A stretch of 64,000 bases of DNA from Entomortierella parvispora E1425 (Eukaryota > Fungi > Mortierellomycota): contig BQFW01000009.1 in assembly GCA_020891255.1 (NCBI GenBank), positions 310,001-374,000 on the forward strand, written 5' to 3'. The notes beneath the pieces are model-generated. The model had not been told where the DNA came from and did no database searches. It saw only the letters and a list, made by a program, of their open reading frames with translations. Below, piece after piece: positions 46,301-57,790 of the stretch; positions within the stretch are counted from its first letter, which is position 1; each line of letters begins with the position of its first letter. The position numbers and the translations under genes are program-made.

Positions 46301-49300
46301 TTCACGCCCGAGACTAGAAGAAGAGTCAAGGCATGGCTCAAGGAAATGTGGGACAAGGACAACCAGATTGATAATGATCAAAAGACGTTGACGAGCTATA
46401 TTTCATTCCTTGAGATTGCCCTGAATCACCAAGGGCCACTGGGTAACAAAAACGCAGCGGATCAAATGGACGAAGGAATTCTCTATCTTCGTTTAACTGA
46501 TAATCTATTCTTTATATTTGCGATCTAGACAAGAATCTGCATTCCACTGCCTTGACATGTTTGCTCGAGCTTTTCTCGCTTGCTCCCAGTAGCTTGTCTC
46601 AACAATACTCTCATCGCCTGAACTGGTTCAAGGTATGCCGATAAGATTCTGTCATTTATTATTTCAATATGCCATCTGTTTGCTGACATCTTGCCATTCA
46701 TTTGTTAGCCTTATATCGGATCCCCAAAGGTGGAGTCGCGTCAAGCCGTTGCTCATATTATTGGTATCGTGGCAACGGATGACTTGGGTGAGGCCAATCC
46801 ACAGAGACAGGTGTTCCAACAATTCTTTGGAGATTTGTTGACCTTGATCAAGGACACGACCAAACAGGTATGCGTGCTTGACTGAAGTGCTACAGTTGTA
46901 ATGAATATGCATACTAATACCCGTCACTTGCATTTATAGACTACGACTGAGCAGCGACATGGCAGCATTTTGGCGGTTGGCTATATTCTCGGACGATTGT
47001 TGTACCGCTATCCCAACGCCGCGTTCGATATCATTCCCCGATCCGAGTTTGAGGAGGTAGTGCAATTAATTGTTGGAGACTTGGATTCAAAGCAGAACCT
47101 TTTTGTCAGTGGTGCTTGCATTGCGCTTGGTGAAATTGGTCGCTATGGTGTCATCCCTGGACCACATCCCGAGAAGGATATCGAAAAGCTCATTGCAACC
47201 GCCAGGGATACAAAGGATATCAAAACTCAGGAGTACGCCATTGCTTCATTGGGTCATATTGGCGTGGGTAACCCAGCAAACGCTCAAGAGATTCTCAAGT
47301 TCTTTTACGACTTTGGACCCAAGCAGACTAAACAGACAGAGGTCAACTTTACGATTGGAGAGGCTATTGCCTGCATTGGAGCCGGTTGGCAGTGCACTGC
47401 AATGGATGTCTTTGCTGACGTGGCAGATCAGGAACCCACCAAGCAGAACATCACGGACGATGTCATGGACTCTATCCTGGCCATTATTTTGAACGAGATG
47501 GCGCCTTCACCAAAGGCCGCAACCAAGAAGGCAGCCTGCATCTGGTTGCTTTCTCTTGTCAAATTCTGCTCCACTCATCCTAGTGTGAAGGTAAGGAACC
47601 CCTATTATCGAGCCTGAGCATGGCGCTCCTATACTTCTGGTTTATTCGCTAATGCCGATTTTACTATCTGATATATAGCTCCAACTTCCTAGACTTCACT
47701 CAGTGTTCTCCAGCTTGCTCTCAGATCGCGATGGTACTGGACGATTACTCGGGAAACATGAGCAGAGATTTAGCTGATGAAGCCGCCAAAACTAACATTT
47801 GTCGACGTTTCAATTTTATAGAACTGACACAGGAGATTGCATCAAAAGGAATCGGTTTGGTCTATGAGCTCGGTGATCAGTCTATTAGGAGCCAGCTTGT
47901 CGGATCATTGGTCGGCATGTTTGGAGAGGGCAAGAAGGCTACTCAAAAGATTACCGGTGACACGGAGCTCTTTGATAGCAACGCTCTGGGCCAGGCGCCC
48001 GATGGATCATCTCTGTCAACTTATCAATCTATTCTGTCCTTGGCCAGTGACATGAATCAGCCCGAGTTGGTGTACAAGTTTATGCATCTTGCAAGTCACA
48101 ACTCGATGTGGCAGTCCAGAAAGGGTGCAGCTTTCGGATTCTCCTCAATCGTTTCTCAAGCCGAAGCAGAGTTGAAGCCCCATTTGGCGACTTTGATCCC
48201 TCGTCTTTACCGCTACCAGTATGACCCCAACCCCAAGGTCAACGAGGCAATGACGAGTATTTGGAGAGCTCTTGTAAAGGAGCCTAAGAAGGCTGTCCAA
48301 GAGTACTTTGATGTCATTATTCGTGATCTCTTGGAGGGTATGGGTGCTCGTGCCTGGAGAACCCGTGAGTCCAGGTATGTTATTCTTCTTCCTGCTGCTA
48401 TTGTATATGCCCTGTATGTCAAACTCCAGAGAAAGATTCTTATCATTTTTGTCTTTTTGTTCACAATAGTTGTTCGGCTATGGCAGACCTCCTCCAGGGA
48501 CGTTCAGTGGAAGAGATTGAAAAGTACCTTGAGAACATTTGGACAATGTCTTTCCGCGCTCTCGATGACATCAAGGAGAGTGTGAGATTGGCGGCATTCA
48601 AGACTTGCAGAGCATTGACTCTCATGACTGTCAAGTACTGCGATCCCAAGAATGTGACCGCGGCTGAAGGACAGAGAGTGCTTGACATCATGGTTCCCTT
48701 CTTGGTTCAAAAAGGACTATTGTCCAGCGCTGAAGAGGTTTCCAAGTTCAGTTTGACCACCATCCTCAAGATCTGCAAGCAAGCTGGACCTCTTCTTCGG
48801 TCCCATATTCCGTTGATTGTGGGTGCTCTTTTGGAAGGCCTGACCTCCATGGAACCACAAATGATGAGTAAGATTCAGCTTTTGAGTTGGTTTGTCTAGT
48901 TCATTGCGAAAGAGTTAGCTAACAATAGCCTTTCATTTATTAGACTACTTGAGTTTCCATACTGAGAAGTACCAAGTCTCTCAAGAGCAGCTGGAAAGCA
49001 GTCGACTCAATGCAGCCAAGTTGTCCCCCATGGTAAGAAATTTGCTCCGATCTTTCATTGACCATGAAGACGTTCTCCTTCAATTCTAACAAACCAACTA
49101 AATTATTTTTTCCCATGTAGATGGAGGGTATCGAGGCTTGTATCGAAAACATTGATGACTCTGTTATGAACGAGCTCTCCGTTCAGTTGTCGACTATGAT
49201 CAGAAAGGCTGTGGGTCTCCCTACAAAGGTAAGAGGCATATCAGAAGGACTTTGGGTGAGGTCAACAAGACCGCGGTATCTCATGCAACATTATTTAAAC

Positions 49301-51166
49301 CACTATTTATTTAGGCTGGATGTGCCCATTTGCTTGTGTCAATCTGCATCAAGAAGCCCGCTGTTATGAGACCATACAGCGATGCCATTCTCAAGACTCT
49401 TGGAGCAGCTCTCAAGGACAAGTCACCTGCAGTCAGAAAATCGTATGCAGTCGCTGTTGGGTACCTCGCCAGATTAACAACTGATGCGGCGTTGGTCAAG
49501 TTTGTTGAGCGCCAAGGAGAGAACTATTTATCAACAGAAGGTACATAATTGAACTATTGTCCTTTATCCGCACTGTGAGTTCTTACCTTGCCTACTTACA
49601 TCCTCCTCTTTTTCATTTTATTTAAAAATTGTAGACGAGGAACTTCGTTCAGTCCCTGCCATTGTCATCAGAGAGATCTCCAAGAATGCTGCGGACAAAT
49701 TCAAGGGCGTGGCCTCTAGTATTTTGCCTATTGTGTACTATGGATCGTTCGATCCTAACAAGGATATCAATGCCATCTGGAAGGAAGTCTGGGAGGAGCA
49801 TACGAACGGCTCATCATCAGCCGTAAAGCTCTATGCTACCGAACTTGTCGAGGTTCTCTCCAAGCAACTGACGTCTGCTTCCTGGAACGCAAAGAAGCAG
49901 TCTGCTCAGGCCCTCAAGGGTGTCTCGGAAGTGATGGGTAAGAGCGTGTTCTGGACTGGCGATGGATGTAATACCGCGCCCGACTGGTCACTCACCTTTT
50001 TTCATGTCCGCGTTTTGAAAACGAAATAGATCTGAGCCGTGATTTGGATAATCTTTTGCCTCTTATCATTGACGGACTGTCAGGACGCACATGGCAAGGA
50101 AAGGAACATGTCGTTGAACTTTTGGCTGCTGTGACGGCAAATTCCAAGGATTACTTTACAGGAAAGAAGGACAAATTGCAGGAAATTGCCAAGGTAACAA
50201 TTTCTCTATAATATTCTGGTCAAGAGAGAATCTCCCCATCTTTCAAATTGACGGCTGACTCTCATGATGTGCCTTTGTTTCAATAGGTGCTTTTGAGAGA
50301 GAGCAAGAAGGTCAACAAGCAGTACCGTCGATATGCCATCGATTCTCTTGGAAAGTTCTTGGACACATTCAAGGAGGTCGACTATTATGTTGAGGTCAAA
50401 TCGATGTTGTTTACCATTTTGGAGAACAAGGAGGACGAAGATGGCGAGGATGAAGAAATGGAGAAGCCACTTCAGCTTGTAGTCATGGCCAGCGCGGCCA
50501 AGGCTCTCGGTTTGGCCTGGACAAGGAACCCACAACTGCAAGGTATGAGAACGCCGATCTCGTGCTAGGAGCTCATCCTGTCGATCGATTTTTATTTCTT
50601 TTTCAACTCACAGTTCTTGTGTTCTATTTTATTGTTATTATTATTTATTATTATTATTGTTGTTGTTGTTGTTGTTGTTGTTGTGAATAGCGCAACATGC
50701 ACCAGAATTTGTCGAGAAGGCTTCTTCGGCCTTGGTGCGCAACATCTGGAATGTCCGAAGTGGACTTTTGGAATCGTTCGAAAACTTTTTCGCAAAGTTG
50801 AACTTGACTGGATCGGAGGCTGTGCTGTCGGACGCGGCCTTGACAGTGATCCTTGACAGTCTTTTGGAGGGCAGTTTGAGGGATTTCAAGTATGTCAGTA
50901 TTCGCAACCAGGGATTGCAACTTGTCAAGAACATTGCTGAGAAACTGAAAGGTATTAGAAAAAAGAAAACAAAAGAAGTTGCTTCATGGGAACTTTTTGG
51001 TTTGAAATTTGTTTTCTAACGTGTCTGGGTTTTTTTCTTCCCTCTAGGCACGGCGTACTACACTCCTACAGTGAAGGCCAAGTTGCATGAGGTTCTTCAG
51101 GCTTTGAGAAAGGACCCATTGCCTAGCATCTCTGAGGAGGCTACACTCATTGAAAGCAGCCTGTAG
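43400..51166 (+). CDS. ECM29: Proteasome adapter/scaffold Ecm29 (HEAT repeats), many introns
   Basis: LLDNVELRFALAETDAQLEKTL..LCPVLLKLASP, HINKRI, LVYKFMHLASHNSMWQSRKGAAFGF, LIPRLYRYQYDPNPKV, WRTRES. Confidence 0.93.
50630..50684. repeat. Compound (TTA)n(TTG)n microsatellite at an ECM29 intron 3' end
   Basis: Direct reading; ends just before the ...GAATAG acceptor. Confidence 0.9.
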
Positions 51167-51324
51167 GTGAAAGGCGGGTTTATATGTATTTTTTTTGTCT
51201 TTGTCTATGCTAGAACATATTCAGGCACCAGGCCGTTATCTGAAAAAAAAAGTAAATAAATGAATATAAGGAAACAAAAGAATTGTGCATATGGTTTACA
51301 TTGGTATAAGGGGATATGGGGATA

Positions 51325-54300
51325 TTATTGACCAGGCATAGTGGTGTTTGAGAACTGAACCTCAGGCCGAAGGCGACGGATGATTCGCTCCAAGGACCCC
51401 AAGTCTGAATCCCAACTCTCAACATAGTATACAGTCAGTTTTTCTAATTTCGACCAGCACCCGACTCGGTGATCCAGAGCGCGCTCTCGTAGGACCGCCT
51501 TGATATCTTTCTCGAGCCCGAGATACTGAATCAGAGGAAGCGACTCGGGAGTGTTGACAGCTTGGTATTCAGGAGGAGTGGGCGTCTCGTGGAAAAAGGG
51601 GTTCGCATTATTGTCGTCATGCTTTGGTGGTAGTAGCGTAGGGGGCGATGGAGATGGCGACAGTGGACCAGAGGTGTTTGTTTCCAGGGGGGAGAGCGGT
51701 GAAAGGGGATCAAGAGGGTGGCGCCAACTCTGAGTGCGCCGCAAGATCTTGAATCCAATGGAAGGGGGGCCAGCGATGGGAACTTCGAGTCTCTCCTCGC
51801 CCTCCTCCTCTGCCTCTTCGCCTTCTTCCAGCAACACGCTCGATTCTTCAGAAGTTGAACTCTTGGCGGTAGTGGTGGTGAGAAGAAGAGGACCCGTGGT
51901 GGCTTTTGCGGCTTGCTCGGATCGCTGTACCCATTTCCGAACGGCTCCAAGACTGTCGCCATCCGACTTTCGGCGCGGAGGTCCTCGTCGAGAGGGCGAA
52001 GGCGGGTCCTGAAACGCAGATGTTTTTTTCTTTCCAGCCTTTCTTCCCTGGGACGCCGTTGCCCCGCCATGGTTGTAGCAGTGGATGTTATTGCCGCTGC
52101 CATGACTGCTGTTGCCGTTGGACTCGGATGTGATGATCGGCCCTTGCAAGGACCATTTCACAATCTGCCAAGGGGTCGGATGCCGAGCCAACCAACAAAA
52201 ATCCCGCTCCTTGAACAGACCCGAGGAAGAGGAAGAGGCTGAGCTCGGCGATCCAGATATGGATCCCTCTCCGCCAGTAACTTGTTGGTTACTATTTTTG
52301 ATCGAGGGCGGTCGAGGCGGCTTCCGGATCTGAAGCGTCAATTTCTCGAGATCTTTCATCCTCGTCAAAAGACAGAAGCCACCTTCCAAGGTCAAGTTTA
52401 ATCGGGACTTTGCCAGCGTCACGACTCGAAGACTAGGACAGGCGCGAGAAAGATACCCAAAGATAGCACGACTCTGCTCTGGACTCGATGAGGACCGTTT
52501 GTTGAATGGGAAAGTGGAGACCAAGGTGAAGGAAGAGGTGGAGGAAGATGTCGTAGCTGAGGAGGAAGACGAAGAAGGCAGAGATTTGAAGGAGAGATGC
52601 AGGGTTTGCAATTTGCGGCAAGCCCAGACGCGTGGCCATTGCCGTTCTGTGCTGTCAGCTAGAATGGGCACAGTGTGACTGATGGTGGTTGTCGAACCGG
52701 CAGCAGCAGTGGCGGTGATAGGAGCGGGAGTGGCCACCGGGAGACCTCTCTCACCATCGCTCTCATATCCAGCATCGTCTTGGGGGTCTCCTGTCAATAT
52801 GCCGTCTTGGGGCTCGCTTCGTCTGGGTACAATATCAAAATATTCAATGTAGAACTGAACATGTTCAGCTTTCAGGTGCAAGAGGTTGGGGGCATCACAC
52901 AAGAAATCGTGGAGGACTTGGTTCAAAACCGCTTCGTTGAAAGGACTCTGCGAAGGATAGATCTCTAGGAGCGTGATTGTGTTCAACACTAGTGTGTGCG
53001 GGATGATGGAGGTGATGATGGGAGCCAGATACTGAGCAGCATGTGGACGGCCCTGAAGAGGATGGATGCTCCTTGGAGGAGGAGGAGGAGAAGCGTCATC
53101 GTTTTTCATCCGAAGTTGGGACATAACTGCTGGGACGATGTCACGCGTCGAGAAGCCGAGACTGTGGACTTGAGGAAAGAGTCTGAGCAGCAGACGGATA
53201 TCAGACGAGGACAGCGTAGAATCAGGGTGGGATAACTGGATGGACTCGAGTCGCGGGCACCACTGTGCAAGTCGACGCAGGAACTCTCTAGAGACAGGAG
53301 CATTGTTCCCCAAATCGTCCGCAGTCAAATCGCCCTCATCTCCTATTTCGCCTTGCCCGAGAGCAGTGGACAAGGAGGCTACAATGGGTGTCGTACCAGG
53401 GTTGCCTTGAGGCCCGAGAGCAGCACCAGTAGCGCCAGCAGCTGGGAGGGGGATGATGGTATCAGGCCGTTGTTTCTGAAGCCCTGTCGCCTTTAGTTCT
53501 CGCAGATCTGGGCACTTTTCCAAGATGGGCTTTAGCAACACCTCCAAAACTGTCATGTGAGTCAAGACCAACACCTGTAGTTTCAACAAAGGCAGGGGCT
53601 CCTGTTCCACCACGGTCATGATCGCACCATTGTCTGTCCCCGTCCGGATTGTCACAGCAGAGAGTCGTGAGAGCTCTTGTGAAGCAAAAGGGATGAACCC
53701 CGGGGCAGGCTCGACATGCAGTGCCACAAGGAGTGGACAGTGGCGAAGAATTTGGTCAAGTTGGTATGATTCTCGAAGGAGGTTCTCGATCCGAATCACG
53801 CGCAGCGTAGAGCCGATGGAGGGCAAAATAGGAAGGAGTCGACGCAGGAGGTTCGGCGTTGGGCCAACATGGAGTTCCAAGATGGCCATCGGGGGTCGCT
53901 GATGCTGTGCTGTTGTCTCTGCTGCTACCGCCTTTGAAGGTGTTGCTGTGTTATAGACGGTGGCTGAGGAGGCAGCATGGGTCAGAAACTGGCGTCGCTG
54001 TTTCTCCAGGACCCTGCAGGCCTCTTGCAGATTATTCCAGGCCTGATCCTGGAAATACGGGTGAGCACCTTGTATCCGAGGCACGACGATTTTGAGCACG
54101 TTGATCTGACCGAGCTTGGACAAGAGTCGTTGCTGCTCTGGCAGGTTCACGGTATCGCACCAGCACAGGGGGTGGACCATGACCGACTGGCTGGTTGCAT
54201 TCCAGAGTCGACAGACAAGTCGAGTGGTGTGTAAGAGCTGGTGTTGGCTGACATGCGAGAGGATCTTTTCGAGGATCTCGGGGATGTGGACGGGAGAGGG

Positions 54301-54390
54301 ACGAGCAATCGCCGAGGCAGAGGAAGAGGCGGAGGAGGAAAAGAAGGGGATCCGACGAAAGGTCGACGACTTCTTGAGCGGAGATACCAT
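51325..54390 (-). CDS. F-box/LRR-like protein (Mortierellaceae-type), 1,021 aa single exon
   Basis: F-box HIPEILEKILSHVSQHQLLHTTRLVCRLW. Family motifs VWACRKLQTLHL, SRAIFGYLSRACPSL and LTLEGGFCLLTRMKDLEKL. Confidence 0.85.
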   Translation of the reverse strand: MVSPLKKSSTFRRIPFFSSSASSSASAIARPSPVHIPEILEKILSHVSQHQLLHTTRLVCRLWNATSQSVMVHPLCWCDTVNLPEQQRLLSKLGQINVLKIVVPRIQGAHPYFQDQAWNNLQEACRVLEKQRRQFLTHAASSATVYNTATPSKAVAAETTAQHQRPPMAILELHVGPTPNLLRRLLPILPSIGSTLRVIRIENLLRESYQLDQILRHCPLLVALHVEPAPGFIPFASQELSRLSAVTIRTGTDNGAIMTVVEQEPLPLLKLQVLVLTHMTVLEVLLKPILEKCPDLRELKATGLQKQRPDTIIPLPAAGATGAALGPQGNPGTTPIVASLSTALGQGEIGDEGDLTADDLGNNAPVSREFLRRLAQWCPRLESIQLSHPDSTLSSSDIRLLLRLFPQVHSLGFSTRDIVPAVMSQLRMKNDDASPPPPPRSIHPLQGRPHAAQYLAPIITSIIPHTLVLNTITLLEIYPSQSPFNEAVLNQVLHDFLCDAPNLLHLKAEHVQFYIEYFDIVPRRSEPQDGILTGDPQDDAGYESDGERGLPVATPAPITATAAAGSTTTISHTVPILADSTERQWPRVWACRKLQTLHLSFKSLPSSSSSSATTSSSTSSFTLVSTFPFNKRSSSSPEQSRAIFGYLSRACPSLRVVTLAKSRLNLTLEGGFCLLTRMKDLEKLTLQIRKPPRPPSIKNSNQQVTGGEGSISGSPSSASSSSSGLFKERDFCWLARHPTPWQIVKWSLQGPIITSESNGNSSHGSGNNIHCYNHGGATASQGRKAGKKKTSAFQDPPSPSRRGPPRRKSDGDSLGAVRKWVQRSEQAAKATTGPLLLTTTTAKSSTSEESSVLLEEGEEAEEEGEERLEVPIAGPPSIGFKILRRTQSWRHPLDPLSPLSPLETNTSGPLSPSPSPPTLLPPKHDDNNANPFFHETPTPPEYQAVNTPESLPLIQYLGLEKDIKAVLRERALDHRVGCWSKLEKLTVYYVESWDSDLGSLERIIRRLRPEVQFSNTTMPGQ

Positions 54391-55404
54391 TTTATGTCTT
54401 CAGGATGTGATGTGTTATGGGTGAGCAAAAGAAAACGACAAACACAAAAAGGATCGTGCGATCAACGCAATAATGCTAAGCTGTGGATTATCGAAAAAAG
54501 GGTCGGTGGGAGAGTTGATGACGAGAAGGGTAGTTTGTCCAACAAAGAGACAGTTGCGGGGACCAAAGGACAAGAGAGAATAGAGCAGACAAGACACACA
54601 CACAGAGAGAGAAGAGAGAAAAGGAAGTAAGGAAAGAAAAGCGGAAATGGGTCGTGCGCCTTCCTTCTCGGAAGGGCGCTCGGTCAGGGCCTTTAAGGCT
54701 CAGTGCAGTCTCTGTTGGCTCAGGCGTCATTGTTTTTGTTCTGTTCGGTCTGCCACGATGTTCACGGACGGATGGTGTCTGTCGAAGAGATCACCTCCAT
54801 GGTGAGCACATGGGGCAAGGACAAAGAGGAGGACATGAAACACATGCCCGTCTCCGTGGTGTGAATGTGAGAGCAGGAATGCATGCCAATGGCTGTTGAC
54901 CGCTGCATGGCCCTTCTTTCTCGACAGACGGACACACACACACAAACGGACAAGCAAAAACAGACTGATAAGACAGACAAGACTGGCGGACATGGTATGC
55001 ATGGCAAAGGCAATGCCAGGCCTTCAGAGCCGATCCCCTTCTTCCGTTGTACCCAGACACGAACAACAAACGAAAAACCACAGGCATTGCGAGCTGCGCG
55101 CTCCTTCCCCCTTTTCCCCCCTTCATCCACGCGTGTCCAACATCAAGGCGAGGGTGCGCCTCCAGGGGTGGGTGCATGCCCGCCCTTACTGCCCATGTCC
55201 TTTTCGAGTCCCTTTCTCTGGTCCACATGGAACGCGCGTCATTGTGTGTTTTTTTGGTGGCAATAACAGCGCCACCAAATTTATATATCATGCTGCGTGG
55301 ATGGTATTGTACAAAGGCTGGGAGCGTCCACCGGCATTCCTCGGCCAAGAAGGACTCTCCTTGTCCAGGGAGGTATCGTCGAGAAGGGATATGTTCTGTT
55401 GTCG

Positions 55405-57260
55405 CTATACGAGATGCTCGGCCTTGCGATCCATATGCCAGCGTACCACCTCCTCGTAGACAGTCCACGAAATAGCAGAGTGAATAGATTTACGCACAGT
55501 TCTCACCAAGATGCCATCCAGGAAACCAATGGCGCCTTCCTCCTATTGTTGCCCCCAAGTATTTCAGAACAAAGGACGTGTTAAAAATCACTGCATTAAA
55601 GAATCATGCTGGGATCGCCGTGTAAAGAACAAGGATAATTTACCAAGAGCACTTTTCGCGCAGCCTGCAGAACATTCCTGTACTCTGCAGGTTTGAGCTG
55701 CATTCTTGTCTTCAGCATGTCAAATGGATGTGTCAATGTTGTAGACAAAAATCCCGCAGACACTCCAGAAACCAAATGAATCGTAGGCGTGCTCACGTCG
55801 AAATAGGGTGATGAAGCCTTCAAGTCTAATAAGAGACAAAAGAAAGAGCAAGATTGCTTCATCAGTCCTCTTCCTTGAAGACCAACATACCAAACAAATT
55901 CTTAATGTCAACTGTAGGGATTCTTACCAGCGAGTCTAACTTTGCACTGCTCATAAAACAACACATAGAGTCCAGCAAGAGGGGCGTCTCTCATCGCTGT
56001 AGCGCCAAATCCTGCCCAGAGTCCTATATTGAACGAATGACAAAGATGGTTATTAGATGACCGGTTTATATGGTGTGGAGGCATTTTTTTAAATGAAGAA
56101 GTTTGATTTGTTACCTCTGATACCCTCAGATCGGAAGATGGATGTGAAAGCACCAGACATGCTTTTGTAGTTGTAGAGATTACTCTATCATTGATCCAAT
56201 GCAGCGAGTTAGAACACGGTAGGTCTCGAATGGTTGTTCGGGAAGAACCTCCGAAAATGTAGAATCATTTTCAATCCAAGCTCGGCTGCGCAGCATGCGC
56301 CACCGCGGCTCGCTTGCTTACCTCGTATCGCACTTTGATCACGGTCGCAGGCATCATCACAAAGCCGATTGCAGCACGGGAAGCACCGCCCGCGATCAAG
56401 TTCTCGGTGTTGCTTAATTTAGGCAAAGCACTTGTGCCCGACTGTGTATCCGTCCGATCCTGACCATTGATCTTGCGCCGTGCCAACAGGGTCCTTGATT
56501 CATTGAGTACCGTAAAGTACATGGCTGCACCCGGTACATTCCTTATAAAAATAATAACATAAAAAGTTTTGAGTAAGCCGAACGGGTCCGGATGGGGAGG
56601 AAAAGCAGGTTCAGACTCGTCGGACGCCGGCTCGGTAACACAAAGTTTAAAGCGCTCATGAGAGTTGCGGACTGCAACGAGAATTTCATGGATCTGTCAA
56701 GATCCTGTTTGACTCCAGACGTCTGCACTCATCCTTGTACTCTTGATTTGGTGGTCGCCGTTCTACTACTACCGTGATGAGAATTGCGTCCACCGTGTCG
56801 TTGTTGCAGCGCAGCCCACGTTGATCAGAGACTGGGTGGATTTTTTGCAGGAATGGCATACCTCACAATCGTGGGAACAGTACCACGCCAAAGACTGAGA
56901 ACAGACCCTTCCTTAATGATTCCAAAAACCGTCTTCCAGATCGTGCTACATAAGGAGAGCAGGGGGGCAGAGTGGGTCAGCATTGAAAGGGCGCCAGTGC
57001 ATCCCGACGCGCTCACAGAGAAAGTTCTCTGGCAGCAGAAGAAGACAGGAAACAAGACGAGTGATTTACCTCTCCAGGGGTGCAATGGTAACTCCAGCCT
57101 GACCACCAGCCTTAATGAAGGCAAGGTGGGCTTGCTGTTGCTGCTGCAGTCGTGTCTTGATCAGATCCAATGGCTGGACAAAGATGCATGCACAGAGGCC
57201 TGAGACTGCTCCGCCCAGGAGATGGGTGACTGGATCGCTGGCTTTCTGCTTGGAGGGCAT
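55405..57260 (-). CDS. HEM25: Mitochondrial glycine carrier (SLC25A38/Hem25), multi-exon
   Basis: Three carrier repeats: [23 protein letters not shown]|[20 protein letters not shown]|[35 protein letters not shown]. Confidence 0.88.
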
Positions 57261-57790
57261 TTGTGAGTGTGAGTAAGAGTTGCTAGAGTTGGTTGAGTGG
57301 GTTGAATGTTTGAATGTGGCAAGTGGGAGGCAGGCAAGGTCTGAATGAAGTACGAGCAAGTGCAGAAGAGAGCAAGGAGGGGCAGGAGGGGCAGGAGGGG
57401 CGCACTCTTTAACGTAAGAGAGCTCACACACAGGAGCACGAAGGGGAACGATTCGGCGACTTCCGAAAGGAAGGAAGGGATCAGTCACGGGCAACGGTGC
57501 GTGGAAATAGTGCAGGGCAGTCAAGTCGGGCGGAAACAGTGCGTGGAAATAGCGGGATTGCCACCAACTGGGTCTGTTTACTGTGGCTTGGCTCTAGAAA
57601 AAAAGAAAAAAACACCCACAGCGCACTCCAGCCCAGGCAGTCCAGTCCAACTCGCAGAGTGCATGCATTCATTCAAAAGGCCCTTCTCGCTGTGTCCATC
57701 CCTCTCTTCTTGTCTGTGTCCCTCTCTTCCTCATCGTCACTGCCCATCGCATCCATCCTCATCCCTCACTAATACCTTTGGTTGTGCATC

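Noticed and set aside
24217-54390. Ubiquitin-proteasome gene cluster (UMP1, ECM29, two F-box genes)
   Set aside because: The genes are interspersed with unrelated housekeeping genes, and F-box genes are abundant in such genomes.
54430-55400. Possible small gene between the F-box gene and HEM25
   Set aside because: Overlapping low-complexity ORFs in all frames with no recognisable domain or splice pattern.
56542-56861. Glycine riboswitch in the glycine-carrier intron (minus strand has TCTGGAG and AACTCTCA)
   Set aside because: Lacks GGAGA, ACCGAAG and CUCAGG in the right order and spacing; the matches are short fragments.
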